Under the pieces are notes generated by a model. The model ran no database searches, was not told where the DNA came from, and saw only the letters and a program-made list of their open reading frames with translations. A stretch of DNA of 63,640 nucleotides, filler included, from Saprolegnia diclina VS20 (taxonomy: Eukaryota): assembly GCF_000281045.1 (NCBI RefSeq). It is 8 parts of 5 records of this genome, joined end to end, with 100 filler letters (N's around TTAATTAATTAA, not from the genome) between each part and the next. Parts side by side here need not be neighbours in the genome. Positions count along the whole stretch, not along the records: positions 1 to 24,920 come from NW_008246212.1; positions 25,021 to 48,810 come from NW_008246214.1; 6 more parts are not named here. One strand, given 5' to 3'. Below are positions 23,339 through 35,852 of the stretch, piece after piece (the stretch's first letter is position 1; each line of letters begins with the position of its first letter). The translations under genes and the position numbers were made by a program.

Positions 23339-24460
23339 AACTAGGTTTCATCTCGTGTTTTCTTGGGGCAGGTTTTGGTTGAGGTGCTGCCTGGGTAGCG
23401 TGCAATCTAGAGGTGGTTTGGCGTCGTACTTGTGTCGTTGCTTGAACTGTGTGGAGCCATCAAATCAACCATGTCTGGAATCATGTGCATTGAAGTCCAA
23501 CATGATCTGCCCCAAACCTCGTGTTTTTCTTGGGGCCAAGTGTGATTGGTCTTGGTGGTTTTTAGGTGGTGCGTAGGGTTGGTAGGCAATCTAGCGATCT
23601 TCCTGCGTAGCATGCGTAGAGTTTGATCCGAATAGAAGGTTTGACCAGGGTGCAGTTGAGCCTTTTGATTTCGGTTTGGTATCGGGGCAGCGTGCAACCT
23701 TGTGGTATGTCTGTGTGGTAGTTCTTGTACAGTACCGGTACTATGCTATTGTACTATGCGCGTTCGACGCGCACTGCGCAAACGCAACCACGCATTCACA
23801 TGGCAAATAGGTGATGGACGCGTGCTCAGAACGCTACATCCGATTCGCTGCGGTGCGCTGTGCACCGCTGCCGGCCTTCGGCTGGGACTCACACTGCGGT
23901 GAAACCTCCGCTGCGCAGCGGAGCAACTGGTGAGGTCATTCAAAACATGAATCATTGTAGTGCTGTAGCGCCGACGTCAAATTCATTTTCTTGTGCGCTA
24001 TGAAGGTGGTGCGTCGTCCCGACCTTGTTTCGTCGTGGAGTGTATGTTCAGAGCCGTCACTGGGATGAGCTCTTTCGTAATCGCCTCAACTTTCGCATCA
24101 TTTCAGCACACGGGTCCAATACTGCACAGCCGGATGCTTCTCGCATAGAGGCCACGACGGCATCGCGGCTAGCTCAACGTTACAAGACGTACAAAGTCAA
24201 AGAGGTAGTTTAAAGATATCGCTACTCGGATTGGCAGGCCCAGCGATTCTATCGTGCGGGCCTCTGCACGCACGCGCTTCGCCGGGAGGAGCAACCGCCG
24301 CATATCGATCGACCTGGCGTCGCAATACTGTATTCCGACGCAGCTCTATGGCCTCCTCGATCGCAGTCGCTATGTCCAGGGCGACCGCTGCTTGGCGCTT
24401 CTGCATCTCACGCTTGCGCAGCGCTCCTGAAACAGGCGTCCCCATTCCCACGCGCGATGT
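23339..24460 (-). repeat. Interspersed repeat family X, copy 1, carrying a decayed ORF
   Basis: Colinear similarity to 49023-49670 plus 51316-51700, and in part to 53770-53870 (inverted). Both main copies begin at actagg on the + strand and share the internal ttggggcagg / ctgcccc(a)aa inverted motifs. Confidence 0.75.
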
Positions 24461-24964
24461 GCGCAATACCAGTCCGCAAAACGTCGCACATTTTCGAGAT
24501 ATTCTAAGCTTAAAAGTACGTTTCATCCTAAAAACATTTATCACTCGGTTTCACGTTGGTATCCATCCACGCTTCAAAGCTTGCGCCTCGTATCTGCCAC
24601 TTTTATGGCTCAGCCGCGCGAACCGACAATGGCAGGACCCAACTACGCCTGGTCGTCATTGTACAGACGCATATGTGCCACATGCACCCGCTCCGCTCGT
24701 GGTGCACCCTACCACGCTAACGCACAGGCACGGCTACAGTAAGGTGCCCATTCTGCACTCAGACTGCGTTTCGTGCCAAAAACTGCTCATACAATATATA
24801 TAAGATAGATACACAAAGATAGGGTTGTCAGTCAATGAGAGGGCGGACGCGACTTGTGGTAAAAAAGAAGAGGATGTATGTGACGACGAGGCTGGTACAG
24901 CAAGCGATGAATGTGGAGGTNNNNNNNNNNNNNNNNNNNNNNNNNNNNNNNNNNNNNNNNNNNN

Positions 24965-24976
24965 TTAATTAATTAA
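24965..24976. other. Artificial contig linker TTAATTAATTAA inside an N run (also at 48855, 53639, 55633, 57719, 59003 and 60702)
   Basis: An identical 12-mer with stops in all six frames, centred in 100-nt gaps. Confidence 0.95.
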
Positions 24977-25223
24977 NNNNNNNNNNNNNNNNNNNNNNNN
25001 NNNNNNNNNNNNNNNNNNNNTGACGAAGTTCGCGTCCAAGACTCCAAGACTGCATGCATCAGGAAGAAGTGACACGCGCAGTTGAAAATTCGAGTGTCAA
25101 ATCTTGGCTGCCGAGAGCGGATGAAGAACGTGGCGTCACGACCGAGCAGAGTTGGGTTTTTGCCTGCCGCCGCTTGACTCGTCCAACAAATACTGACTCG
25201 TTACTTTATATCATCATGGTCTA

Positions 25224-26606
25224 CTACGTCATGTCTGTGTCGTCCATTTCATCGTCCGTCGACTGTCTCGCCAGTCGGCCTCGGTAGCTATTGCCGTATT
25301 TTCCTTCGCTGTGGGTCATGCACATGCCGTTGCGCTGCGCCCACTTAAGGCACCCGCTTGGATGACCGCAGCGACGACCACCGCCTATCGATATAGATTC
25401 AGCGTGCGTGTTCCTAGAGCCACTGCAATGTACCATGGGACCGGCAGTAGCCGTCGCCTTGGCTCGACTTGGTACAGCCTTCGATGCGGCAACGGACGCC
25501 GCCACCGTGGGCTTTGCACATCCCGCGAGATTGGGCAGCCTTTGTACAGCCTTCGACTGTACAGCGTTTCCCGCCGCCGTGCGCGATACAAAGGCTACTG
25601 CTCTGACTCGCTCGCGTGCACCTAGCAAATGCGTGAGCCCCTTGTCGCATTAGCACGAGCAAACATACCCTTCGACAGAGCATCGGCGGCCACCACCGTG
25701 CGCCTTGCAAAGACCCTTGGAGCGAGAGAGGTTACTGCAGCCTTCGACCGAGCAGTTCTTCCGACGGTACTGCTTGGCGCCGCTGCCGTGCTCGTGCTTG
25801 ACGGCGCCGCCACTGGATGAGTCCGAGTCGTAGCTCTTGCCGCCACCCGACGAGTACCCGCCGTTGGCCGTCGCGAGCTCGATAAAGTCGCCGTACGCGT
25901 GGTTGGTGGTTGGTTCGGACTTGATAAAGACATCATGGCGCGAATTCGCCCGCGGCAGCGACGAAGACGACGACGACATGGACGAAACCGATGACGCGGC
26001 GGAGTACTTGCGGGCGCTCTCCTTGGTGCGCATGCCGTGGCTCACCAAGTCTCTGCACAACGTGTTGATCTCGTCTGCGACCCGGTAGTCGTTGCCACTC
26101 ATCTGTTGCGACGGTGGCTGCGGTTGCTGGTAGTTGATGCCACCGCTCGTCTTGCGCAAGTAGTCAAACGGGGACGGCAAGAGCGCTTCCTGCAGCTGCT
26201 GGAGATCCTCCATTTTTTCGACAGGCGTCGGGCGGTCTTTCGCAAAGTCGTACGGCGATGGGTACTTGATATCGGGCGTCGGTGTTGGGAACCGCGCCTC
26301 GGGCGTCGGCGTGCACAGAAGCTCGTCAACGCGGTCTGGCGCCGACACCACGTACGGATGCATGGGAGGAAGCAGCGGCGGCGGTGCGCCATCATAGTAC
26401 CGCGGTTGTTGCTGCTGCTGTTGCTGCTGCTCGTAGGCGCGCTGGTCGTAGGTCGTGGTGCGCGAGTCGTAGCCGTAGTAGCTCGACGGCGGAGGCGGGT
26501 ACGCGTTCCTGCTCGGCGGCGGCTCGGGCTGCTTCTTCTTCCCGAGCACGGAGAGGAACGAGAGCGACTTGGACACCTTGTCCTTGAAGCTCAGATCGCT
26601 GCTCAT
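25224..26606 (-). CDS. WRKY19-like protein with tandem C-x4-C-x9-C-x2-H-GGG zinc-finger repeats; introns 25622-25668 and 25385-25433
   Basis: Five repeats such as CSVEGCSNLSRSKGLCKAHGGG and CRIEGCTKSSQGDGYCRSHGGG follow a Q/P/S-rich N-terminus. Splicing joins three ORF-track frames. Confidence 0.85.
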
Positions 26607-27358
26607 CGGGTCCGCAGCAGTCAGTAAGCCGCGGCTTCGTTTTTGTCGAAATAGAGCAATCGCAAATAGCCAATCAGACGCGGTCGAAACCAACGAATAG
26701 CCAGGCGCACGAACTTCGAAGTCGAAGTCAACGTGGCAACTACGTTCTTTTTGGGAGCCGGCGCGAAGGCGATTTTTATTCGGCAAGCGATATATTTAGT
26801 GCGGTGCCGAGGACCAGATCGAACTAGCTCCAAATTCCGAGTCGAACCACCCGACAGTCCGGTGTCGAGTCTCTACGGCTTTTGATGCCAGATTTCGTCG
26901 TTCTGGAAGTTCTGGAGCAAGGATATCAAGACTGGTGTCTCTCGCCGTAGAAGTGGCCTCGCTCAGATCGCAGAAGGGGCTCGCCATTGTGTTGACGTTC
27001 CTTGCATTGGACTAGAGTAGTAGTACCATCAGCAACCATCGCTATTGGGGCAGCGTGCTCGGTCACCACGAGGATGGTGATGCGTCGCTTCTCGTCTATG
27101 CTGCCACCACATCTGGCTGCACCACAATTTTGGACGTTGCCCAAAACGCAAGCAGTTCCAAAAACCACCGACCGCAATCACACCGAGTGCTGCGCCTTGG
27201 TCGACTCGTTGATGTTACATGTAAGATCGACGGACATTGTGTTCAGGCTCTGCCCTACCCCTAAGCGGCCAACAGATTGCGTGACGCTTCCCTCGGCCAG
27301 TTTCCATGTCGAGATACCAGTGTATGAATGTTTTTCTGTACACACAAGCTTTGACGAG

Positions 27359-29559
27359 CTACTCGTTAGCGTCGTCCGTGACGTGGTTGAGGAGCGGTCC
27401 CATCTCCCAAATCATGATCGCTCCTTCGCTACCGACGGTCACAATGTGCTGGCGCTCGGGGCTGATCTTGACGGCGTTGATCGCTTCCGAGTGCCCTTTT
27501 CCGACCGCAATCGGCTCGCCGTTGTCATAGTGCCACACTTTGAGAGTGCTATCGCGACCACCCGTCACAAAGATGTTGCCACTCCTACCACCAACTTGGC
27601 ATCAGCAAGCCTCGTTCGAACGAGATTACCGTTCAATGTCGAGGGCGAGCATCTCGCCGTCGGCCGCCTCTTCGAGGATGCGGATGGCTTCGCCGTCGTA
27701 CGAGTCGTAGTACGTGATGCGGCGGTCCGAGCCGCATGTAAGCAGCTGGGACTCGTCCGGGTGGTACAAGATGCGCCGGAAGACGGTCGAGGCAAACATG
27801 GCTTGCACGCGCGTGTAGTTTTCGAGGTTCCACGAGATGCACGAGCTATCGCGTCCATGAGAAGATGCACGATCCAGTCCTTCTACCCATCCGAGGACGC
27901 GCTGACGCAGGACGAGTTGTCGCGCACAATTTGGATGCTGTTGACGGGGCCGCGGTGCTCCTACTCGCGATATGGCGTACTTTCAAACGATCTCGAGCAC
28001 CTTCATGGACGCCTCCATCGTTTGACGCGACGGTGTGATGCGCCAGACACGCACTCGGCCATCCTTGCCACCCGTGATGAGTCGCCACTCGCGCTCTTGC
28101 TCCGTGTCGTGACACACCGCGATGGCGGTCACACTTTCGTTGTGCGCGTCTTGAATAACAAACTTGAGTTTGCCCGACTCGGGGTAGAAGGCGCGGACCT
28201 TGCCGTCGTCCCAGCCGCTCACGATGACCGACCCGTCCGACGTCAGATCGATGCAGTTGCACACGAGGTTGGGTACTTGGATGCGCAGGATCTCCTGGGC
28301 GCGGCGCGCGTTCCAGATGCGGATGTCGGTCTTGGAGCACGTCACAAAGAGGTTTGAGTTCATCTCGTGGCTCTTGAGCGACGACTTGGGAAACACAATG
28401 TCGTTGATGCCGCCATAGTGGCACGTCGCGCGCAGGTCGACGCGGATACCGAGGCCGTCGGTGTTTGTGACAGCGACCGTGTACATGTTGCTTTGGTTTG
28501 TACCAGCGTACAGCACCCCATGAGGTCCTTCCGAGAGGCTCGTGATGCCGCCAAGTAGCTTCTCAATCACGGTCGTAACGATGGGAGTCGACTTGATTGG
28601 TTCGCTGATACCACCCGTGGGCAAAATGGCGAGGCTGCCGTCGCCGGCGCCGAGGAGCAAGTACCGATGTCCGTGGTCTTCGTATACGACGACGGTGTTG
28701 ATACCTTGGCTAAACCTCTCCTTCGTCGTGCGGTTGTACCGGGGCTTTTGAGCGCCAACCGGAGGAAACGCGCAGTTGGGCTTGGTCAGGTCGCAGTCCA
28801 AGATCACCTCAAGGAGGTCACCAGTCTTCGTGCCGCAGTACGCGATCTTGTCGTCCGACGAGAGTGCGATCGTCGAGATGATGCGCTTGAGATTCCCGAG
28901 ATTCGCGCGCAGTGGGTGGAATTTGCGGTACTTGTGGTCGATGCGCCAGACATTGATCGAGTAGTTGCCGCCGGTCACGAGGAGGTCGTTGTTGGCACCT
29001 TGGCGAAATGCGGTCACGACCAGCGTCGAGTCGTCGCCCGCAGGCGTCCCGCACACCGGCTCGCCTGTCTTCATGCTCCAGCACACGAGAGCGTTGTCGT
29101 CTTGGCCGCCCACAGTGTACAAACTTGTGTCCTGGGACGAGAAAGCCATGTCCTGTACCTTGCCCATGTGCAAAACGAGGCGGTAGATGACCTTGTCACT
29201 TTGGTTCGCCTTCTCGGCCATGGCCGCGATCGCACCGCGGAGGTCCCAGACCAGCACGGGCGCCTTGTTCCCGCGGCTCTTGCTCTGCTGGCCGGACGCG
29301 AGCTTGGCGCCGTCGTTCGAGATGGCTAGACACGTGATAATGTCGGTGTGCCCATGCAAAAAGCCCTGCGCGCTCGAGCGCAGATCCTTGATCACGACCG
29401 TGAGCCCGAGCGAGTAGATGAGGTACTGCCCGTCCTTGGTGTAGATGACCGTGTTGTTGTACGAGCCTACGCTGGGTCATGAGCTCCGTGCGACTGCTGC
29501 TGCTGCGTACCATTGTAGCCGATGACCTTGAAGAGCTTGAGCTCCGCGACCTCCGCCAT
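27359..29559 (-). CDS. CFAP52: Cilia- and flagella-associated WD40 protein 52 (WDR16), 5 exons
   Basis: N-terminal ELKLFKVIGYNG, then FLHGHTDIITCLAIS, IVSGWDDGKVRAFYPESGKL, LLTCGSDRRITYYD and GHSEAINAVKISP. Four short GT-AG introns restore the frame. Confidence 0.88.
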
Positions 29560-29750
29560 CTCCGATCCGTCGCTCCGAAAACGACCTTTGGCCCGTTTTG
29601 AAGTCGGTTATTTCCCGCACGCGTGATTTCCTACCCGATCGGTTTCTTCCGCATAACTGTCGTTTAGTAATATTCGCGACCGGAAGATGTCGGCTATGTG
29701 TTGCACAATGGGGTTATGCACTGGACGATTTTCCTTTTGATTTGACAGCG

Positions 29751-30845
29751 ATGGCGGCAGCACGACCGACGACGGCCTCAGCCCTGCGGGTAGGACGACC
29801 ATGCTCCGCTTCTGGCTCAAGCGCTGGCGCTAGTACATCAATCAGGCCCAAGCGCAGCGAATCGATGAGGAGCTGATGTCGACATACGCCTTTTCGATCG
29901 ACCAGCTCATGGAGCTTGCGGGCCTCAGCGTCGCTGCGGTTGTCGAGCACGAGTTCCAGCAGGCACGCGAGACGCCGGTGCTCGTCGTCGCCGGTCCTGG
30001 CAACAACGGGTACCAGTCCATAGCGTGGGAATGTCAGGCATATCCTCATGCCGGTAAGTAGCGGAGACGCCTTGGTAGCGGCTCGCCACCTCAAGGTACA
30101 CTTGCGCCCATGGCCCTGGTGTGCTATTACTGTCCCCGTAGCACTTTGGTTTTGCGCCAGAGATCTTATACCCAAAAACGCCCAAGAACCCACTCTATAA
30201 GGTCCGATATTGGACCGCGCTGTCGGTATCCATGCCTCGCGCGCAATAGCGCCTGGTCCAACAGTGCCAAGACCTCGATATTCCATTTCTGCAAGATCTC
30301 TCCAAGTATGCACCGAAGGCCGCCTCGTATTTGACAAAAATCTTATTGCTAGGGAAACCATCGACGCGCGTTACGGGTGCGTCCTCGATGGCATCTTTGG
30401 CTTTAGCTTTCAGGTCTGTTTACTGCCTTGTTCGCTGCGTCTAACGCCAAGCGAAAGGGCGAGATACGCGCACCATTCGATGACGTGATCAAAACCCTCC
30501 GATCGACGACAAAACCCATCGTATCGATCGACATTCCGTCGGGCTGGGACGTCGAGAAAGGTACAAATTATTTGTGAACGCTCGACTGCTTACATAGCGC
30601 AGGAAACGTTTCGGGCTGCGGCTTGACACCTTCTGTGCTCATCTCCCTCACAGCCCCCAAGCTCTGCGCACAGCTTCTCTCGCCATCTACCACGACCCAC
30701 TACGTTGGCGGTCGCTTTGTGCCACGGTATATGGTTACTTTGGTGCCAAGGACTAAGCCTTCTCTCCAGAGTTCTTGCCGAAAAGTATCTGCTTGCGATG
30801 CCGAAGTATGTTGGTGCTCAACAGTTCGCCCGCTGGGAGCCATAA
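29751..30845 (+). CDS. NAXE: NAD(P)H-hydrate epimerase (YjeF_N), multi-exon
   Basis: Spliced motifs [64 protein letters not shown] and HYVGGRFVP. An extra upstream exon is possible. Confidence 0.92.
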
Positions 30846-30916
30846 TTCGCCATTCTCGAACTGACGAGCACGCAGCTTTAAGCGATCTATCGGGTTAAGC
30901 AAATGTTGCAGATTGT

Positions 30917-32270
30917 TTAGCGGCGTGCAAACCAGATCCCAACAGCTTTTTCTTTTCTCCGCACTCTTAGTTCATTCATTCCCTGTAGATTGATTAAAGC
31001 ATGCATTGATTGTGTAGAGACTTGACTAGGCGTTGAGCGGGTCTTTCTTGAGGTCGTAAGCGATTTGCGGCGCATAGTTCCAAAAGAGTGCGTTGGCATT
31101 CTTGTAAAACTGGTTGCCCAAGTAGTTGGTGCCGGTGATGCACCACACTGGATATATGTGACGCCAATCCTCCACGTAATTGGATAGTACGTACTTGGGT
31201 GCTCGAGCGCAAAGCCGAATTGGAGGTTCACCTCAACGTACCCCGTCATGATATGGAACGGGTTGTACAAGTACAGGGGGACACGGAAGAGACCGCGCTT
31301 GGCTGTAGTGCTGCGAACGAGCTTGTTCTCGACGTTGTGGATCGAGTTGGTCAAGTTGACGATCGACATGACTTGGATGCCGACGACAACGTCATCCTTC
31401 TTTTCCGGCAACGGGTAGTTGGCCGAGAAGTAGTCGTTGCGAATCTCTTCGCGCGTCGATCTGTCGACCACCGACCATGTGACGCTCTTTACGATCGACG
31501 ACACAATGGTCGCATCTAAAGCGGACAAGTTGTCTCCAGCGGCATATTTCAAACGTACCTGTCATGGGCATGGCCTCAGTCCACTGGTTCGTGAACGTTT
31601 CTTTGAGCGGGAAGAGGAAGGGGTTGACGACAAAGACGTACTTGAGAAGCGGTACGACGAGGCACACGCACGGAAAGACCAGCGCAAGCTTCCAAACACC
31701 TTGGCGGTGCACTTCACCGAGCACGACAACGACAATGTCGTTCCAAGACCAATGGCCGAGGCGCCGGTGGTCCTTGAGCACCGTCATGTTGCGGCAAAAG
31801 TGGCGAATGTTGCACGTGATAAAGCCGTAGAGAATGCTACCCGGTAGCGCGATCACGACCAAGCTCATAGTGAGATAGAGGGCAGTAAGCAGCAACAGCG
31901 GCAGCGTCAAGAGGAAGAGCACGAGCGACGTGAGCTGGAAGCCGCAGTGGCGCGAAATTCGCATCGTCGGCGCTGGTAGACACGCGAGGTAGAGACGGAG
32001 GAGGGTGAACACTGGCAGCAAGTACACGAAAAAGACCAAGTACAGCGGAACACCCAGCGGCGCAATGAGAATGCAGAGCAGGATGCCAAAGGCATCGGCG
32101 AGCGAAAAGCTGGGCACAACGAGGTCGCCGTTCGAGCGTTCGTTGGTGGCGTTGGCTTCCAAGATGCCATTGCCGTACAACGGCGCATTGTTCCAAGGCC
32201 CGCCGGCATGAAGCGTCTTGGACGATGGTGATGGCACTTCTCCAGCGACCTGCAGTGCTGTTGTCGTCAT
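30917..32270 (-). CDS. Hypothetical multi-pass membrane protein with introns; 3' end uncertain
   Basis: Several long hydrophobic segments. An intron at about 31517-31558 joins the ORF to DATIVSSIVKSVTW...GYVEVNLQFGFALEHP. Confidence 0.65.
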
Positions 32271-32352
32271 CGAATATTTTGCAACTGACGTCGGTGCTGA
32301 AGAATCGAACCAACAACAGGCATTATTTTTAGATGCGACCGGCTTCTCCGAC

Positions 32353-33648
32353 CTACCGGATCTGTCCAACGTCCAGCATTGACGAGGAGGGTGTTGGCTT
32401 GCGCCGTTGCGTCGATCCAAATTTTAGCCGCGGGCGTCCATCCCAGAGCTGGACGACCTCGTGGGCCCCAGAAGTGACGAGCAAACCACCCGTCGGGGAC
32501 TGCGCCAAATTGAGCACGCGCACCGCGTCGCCAACGTACTTGGCCGTGGGGGACATGGACGCCGCACTGTACGCGACGACATCGCTGCCTTGCGACGCCA
32601 AGAGCTCGTCGTGGGCGTGGTGCTGCGGCAGCGACCAGAGAAGCCCCGTAACCTGTGCGCCAGCATCGGTCGACCGCAAGAGCGTGCACGCGTCAACCGA
32701 GACTCGCCACTGCTTGATCGTACGATCACTGCGTCCGCCGCCCGTCGCTAGCATAGCACTCGGTCCAAGCGGCCGCCAAGCGAGCGCCTTGACTGCTGCA
32801 CAATGATCGCGGATCGTATGTAGCGGAAATTGGCGCCGGCTGTTGAAGTCCTTCTTCCAGACACACACGAGATGGTCGCTGGCGCCGGAAGCCAAATACG
32901 TGCCATCGCTCGACCACTGAAGCCCACACACCTCGCCAAAATGGCCCCCGAGCGTCGCCAACGGCCGGCAGCGGTCCATGCGCGTATCGTGGTGGATAAT
33001 CTTCGAGTCCATCGACCCCGACGTGAGGATGGATTCGTCAGTGGCGAGCGACCCAACACGGAAGTTGTGGCTGCGATACCGGACTTTGATGCGCTCAGCG
33101 GCCACGTCCCAGATCTCGGTATGGCCTCGAGACGTGCCAATCGCGAGGTCGCCGGGCGGAAGGTGCAAGAGAGAGGTTGCGGCGACGATGTCGCCTCGAA
33201 GCGTCGTGAGCTCCGAGATCGAGTTGGTGCGTGTGTTGTAGAGGTACACGGCGGGCCCGAGCGCGACTGCAAACGTGTCTGAGCTGACCCACGTCAACGC
33301 ATTGGTGTAGTAGTCGTCGAGCAGGTTGGGTGCGTCGAGGCTCTTCTTTGGGTGGTAGATGACAGGCGACGACGGCAAGGACGCGGATGGATCGCCCAAT
33401 GCGCGCGGGAGCCGCCAGGGGCTCAAGCCCTTGTTGCGCTTCCGGAACTCGATGATGGGGACCGTGGCGACCGAGTACTCGTCGAGGACGGCCTTCCCCA
33501 GCGCTGCATGGAACGGCGTCGTATGGCCCGAGAGGTCATCTTCGAGGTTCAAGGCCGAGATCTCCATGTTGGTCGCTCCTCGGTCCGGGATGAAGCGGTC
33601 GTAGACCTTGCGCTTCCGCGTCGTCGCCCGTCCTCCCGTCGGTCGCAT
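32353..33648 (-). CDS. CDC20: APC/C co-activator of the CDC20/Fizzy family, intronless
   Basis: C-box DRFIPDR, LDAPNLLDDYY, GHFGEVCGLQWS, HCAAVKALAW, LATGGG and a C-terminal IR tail. Confidence 0.9.
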   Translation of the reverse strand: MRPTGGRATTRKRKVYDRFIPDRGATNMEISALNLEDDLSGHTTPFHAALGKAVLDEYSVATVPIIEFRKRNKGLSPWRLPRALGDPSASLPSSPVIYHPKKSLDAPNLLDDYYTNALTWVSSDTFAVALGPAVYLYNTRTNSISELTTLRGDIVAATSLLHLPPGDLAIGTSRGHTEIWDVAAERIKVRYRSHNFRVGSLATDESILTSGSMDSKIIHHDTRMDRCRPLATLGGHFGEVCGLQWSSDGTYLASGASDHLVCVWKKDFNSRRQFPLHTIRDHCAAVKALAWRPLGPSAMLATGGGRSDRTIKQWRVSVDACTLLRSTDAGAQVTGLLWSLPQHHAHDELLASQGSDVVAYSAASMSPTAKYVGDAVRVLNLAQSPTGGLLVTSGAHEVVQLWDGRPRLKFGSTQRRKPTPSSSMLDVGQIR

Positions 33649-33806
33649 CACGCGCCAAAGTCTCCACCGACGGTTTTATTTTCCTGTTTTTTGAAACCGT
33701 CGATTGAGAACGACGGTTTATTTGACTTCCAAAAAGAGCGAAAATGCGTTGATTTACGTTGGGCAACCAAGCAAGCGGTGCGTTTAAATATCCAGTGGTC
33801 GTCGTC

Positions 33807-35063
33807 TTAGACCGACGGCGCGGTCGTGACGAGGCGGAACATGGTGTACCGGTTCTGGAAGCTCGACGTGTGGGGATCCACGGGCGCGATTAGTTGGTCT
33901 TCGAACATCGACTGGCCAACAAGGATCGCGTCGATCGTCGACGTCGCAATCTTCATCTCGCGCAGCGCCATGACGAGCTCCGCGCCCATGAAGCAGCCGA
34001 CGTGGCCTTTGTGGAAGAGCAGCTTGTTCTTCTTCTCCAGCACGTGGTGCAAGACGCGCGTCAAGATCGCCAAGCTCTCTTCCGAGATGAGCGCGTGCAT
34101 CTCGTCGGACGCGTCCGAGAACGCATAAGTCTCCATGGGCGCATCGACGTCCGGGGCGTTGGTGAGCGCGTCGTTCTCGAGCGACAAGGCCGCGTTGTCG
34201 TCGTGGAACTCGAGCGCTTTCGAGAAGCGGTAGAACGCATCCGACTTGTTGAGAATCGTGGCCGCGGGGCCATGCACGTCTTCAATGTACCCGAGCTTGA
34301 GGAGCACGTTGCCCAGCAAGATGCTTTCGTTCTCGTCGATCGCAAAGCCGTAAAACATGAGCGCGCCGACTGCGTCCGAGCCAAGGAAGCAGTCCTTGAT
34401 GGGCTTGAGCTTCTGGAAGCGGCGCTTGACCTCGATGATCTTGCGGAGGAAGCGGCCGATCGCCTTGTAAAACTCCTGCGGAAGTCCGTTGTGGAACGCT
34501 ACCTTAATGTCCTGCATGCGCATCGCGCGCGCCTCCTTGAACGGCGAGAGCGCGTCGAGGTCCAGCGAAGTCGGCAGCTTGTTGTACGGAAACGGGAGTG
34601 ACGCCTTCGCCTTGACGATTCCACCGCGATCGGAGGAGACGGCGTCGCTGCCATCGTCCGAGTCGAAATCCGACTTGCCACTTCCGCGACTCATGACGAG
34701 CGATGGCGACGACGAGAAGCTGCTGCCGTTTGAGGTCGTGCTCGACGTCGAGCTCGTGCGCGAGAGAGGTGGCCGCGGAAGCCCATGCTGCTCAAAGGAC
34801 GAGGTGCGGGACATAGTAGGGCGGCTGCGCGTCTTGGGCAGCGACGACCGCGACGACGACGACGGGCGCGGCGGCGGGTAGTGCGGGTTCTCTTCAAACG
34901 ACTCGCGGATCGCCGAGATCTTGGCGACAGCGTTGTTGATGGTGCTCATGAGCGAGTCCATATCCATGGCCGACATCGTGTTGCGGCGGGCTGCGGCGCT
35001 GGCGTCGAAGGAGACACGGCGCGTCAAATTCGGTTCAGACTTACCGTGGGGTCGCTCGGCCAT
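33807..35063 (-). CDS. Protein with two DEP domains and a Ser-rich N-terminus
   Basis: DEP-like segments CFLGSDAVGAL...LGNVLLKLGYIEDV...FYRF and CFMGAELVMAL...VGQSMFEDQLIAPV...MFRL. Confidence 0.8.
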   Translation of the reverse strand: MAERPHGKSEPNLTRRVSFDASAAARRNTMSAMDMDSLMSTINNAVAKISAIRESFEENPHYPPPRPSSSSRSSLPKTRSRPTMSRTSSFEQHGLPRPPLSRTSSTSSTTSNGSSFSSSPSLVMSRGSGKSDFDSDDGSDAVSSDRGGIVKAKASLPFPYNKLPTSLDLDALSPFKEARAMRMQDIKVAFHNGLPQEFYKAIGRFLRKIIEVKRRFQKLKPIKDCFLGSDAVGALMFYGFAIDENESILLGNVLLKLGYIEDVHGPAATILNKSDAFYRFSKALEFHDDNAALSLENDALTNAPDVDAPMETYAFSDASDEMHALISEESLAILTRVLHHVLEKKNKLLFHKGHVGCFMGAELVMALREMKIATSTIDAILVGQSMFEDQLIAPVDPHTSSFQNRYTMFRLVTTAPSV

Positions 35064-35852
35064 GTAAACAGGAGGACGGGGATCGGTCTGTTGCCTGCGT
35101 GGCAGAGTCGACGACCGAAAGTATACAAACCCCAAGCTTCGTCACGTTGCACTTTTAAAAAGTCTTCGCCCGTGTTACACACCGGATCTGCGACACTGAC
35201 TCGCCGGTCGCGTGACACGTCTTTCCCCGCCCAGACGCCGCAAACACAGCTTGGGCGGCAGGAGCTGGCGTGCTACTCGTTTCTCGCTGGTCTTGTCCGT
35301 AGCGCGGTAGCCAGGTCCACCGCATCAGACTTGATATAGATGCGTGCAGCGTGGTCGGGTGAGGGTGATCGCAGCAGGCCATGTGATAAAGGCCAGAAAG
35401 ATACACTGCCCGAACTGCCATGATACTGCCCGGGTGTCACGAGACGCGCCAGGTCGTGCGCGGTGTCACTGGCATCCCTCTCTCTGTCGCTACTTGCACC
35501 TGCGATGCGCATGGCCGCATGCAAGCTTTGATCGCATGTCCATGCAACGAACGAGGCCCAAGAGGACCTTATCCGCAGCGACCTCCTACAACCGTGGGTG
35601 GCGGGAGCATTGTTTGACTGGCTCGGACAGCGCGCAGCTGCGGGCAGGAAGATCGCAACTTTCATGGACGCAGCGGTCCAGTGACCGAAATAAATCATAA
35701 AACGGACCAATCAGCGACACCACGACGCTGTCGAAGGTCCGTGGTTCAAAATATAAAAACCAAGAGCCACGGTGCATACAACGTTCAAGGTGTATCATCA
35801 ATTTCAGAATAAAAAGACGCCGGCGACCGCGATCCGGCCAACTGGATACGGA

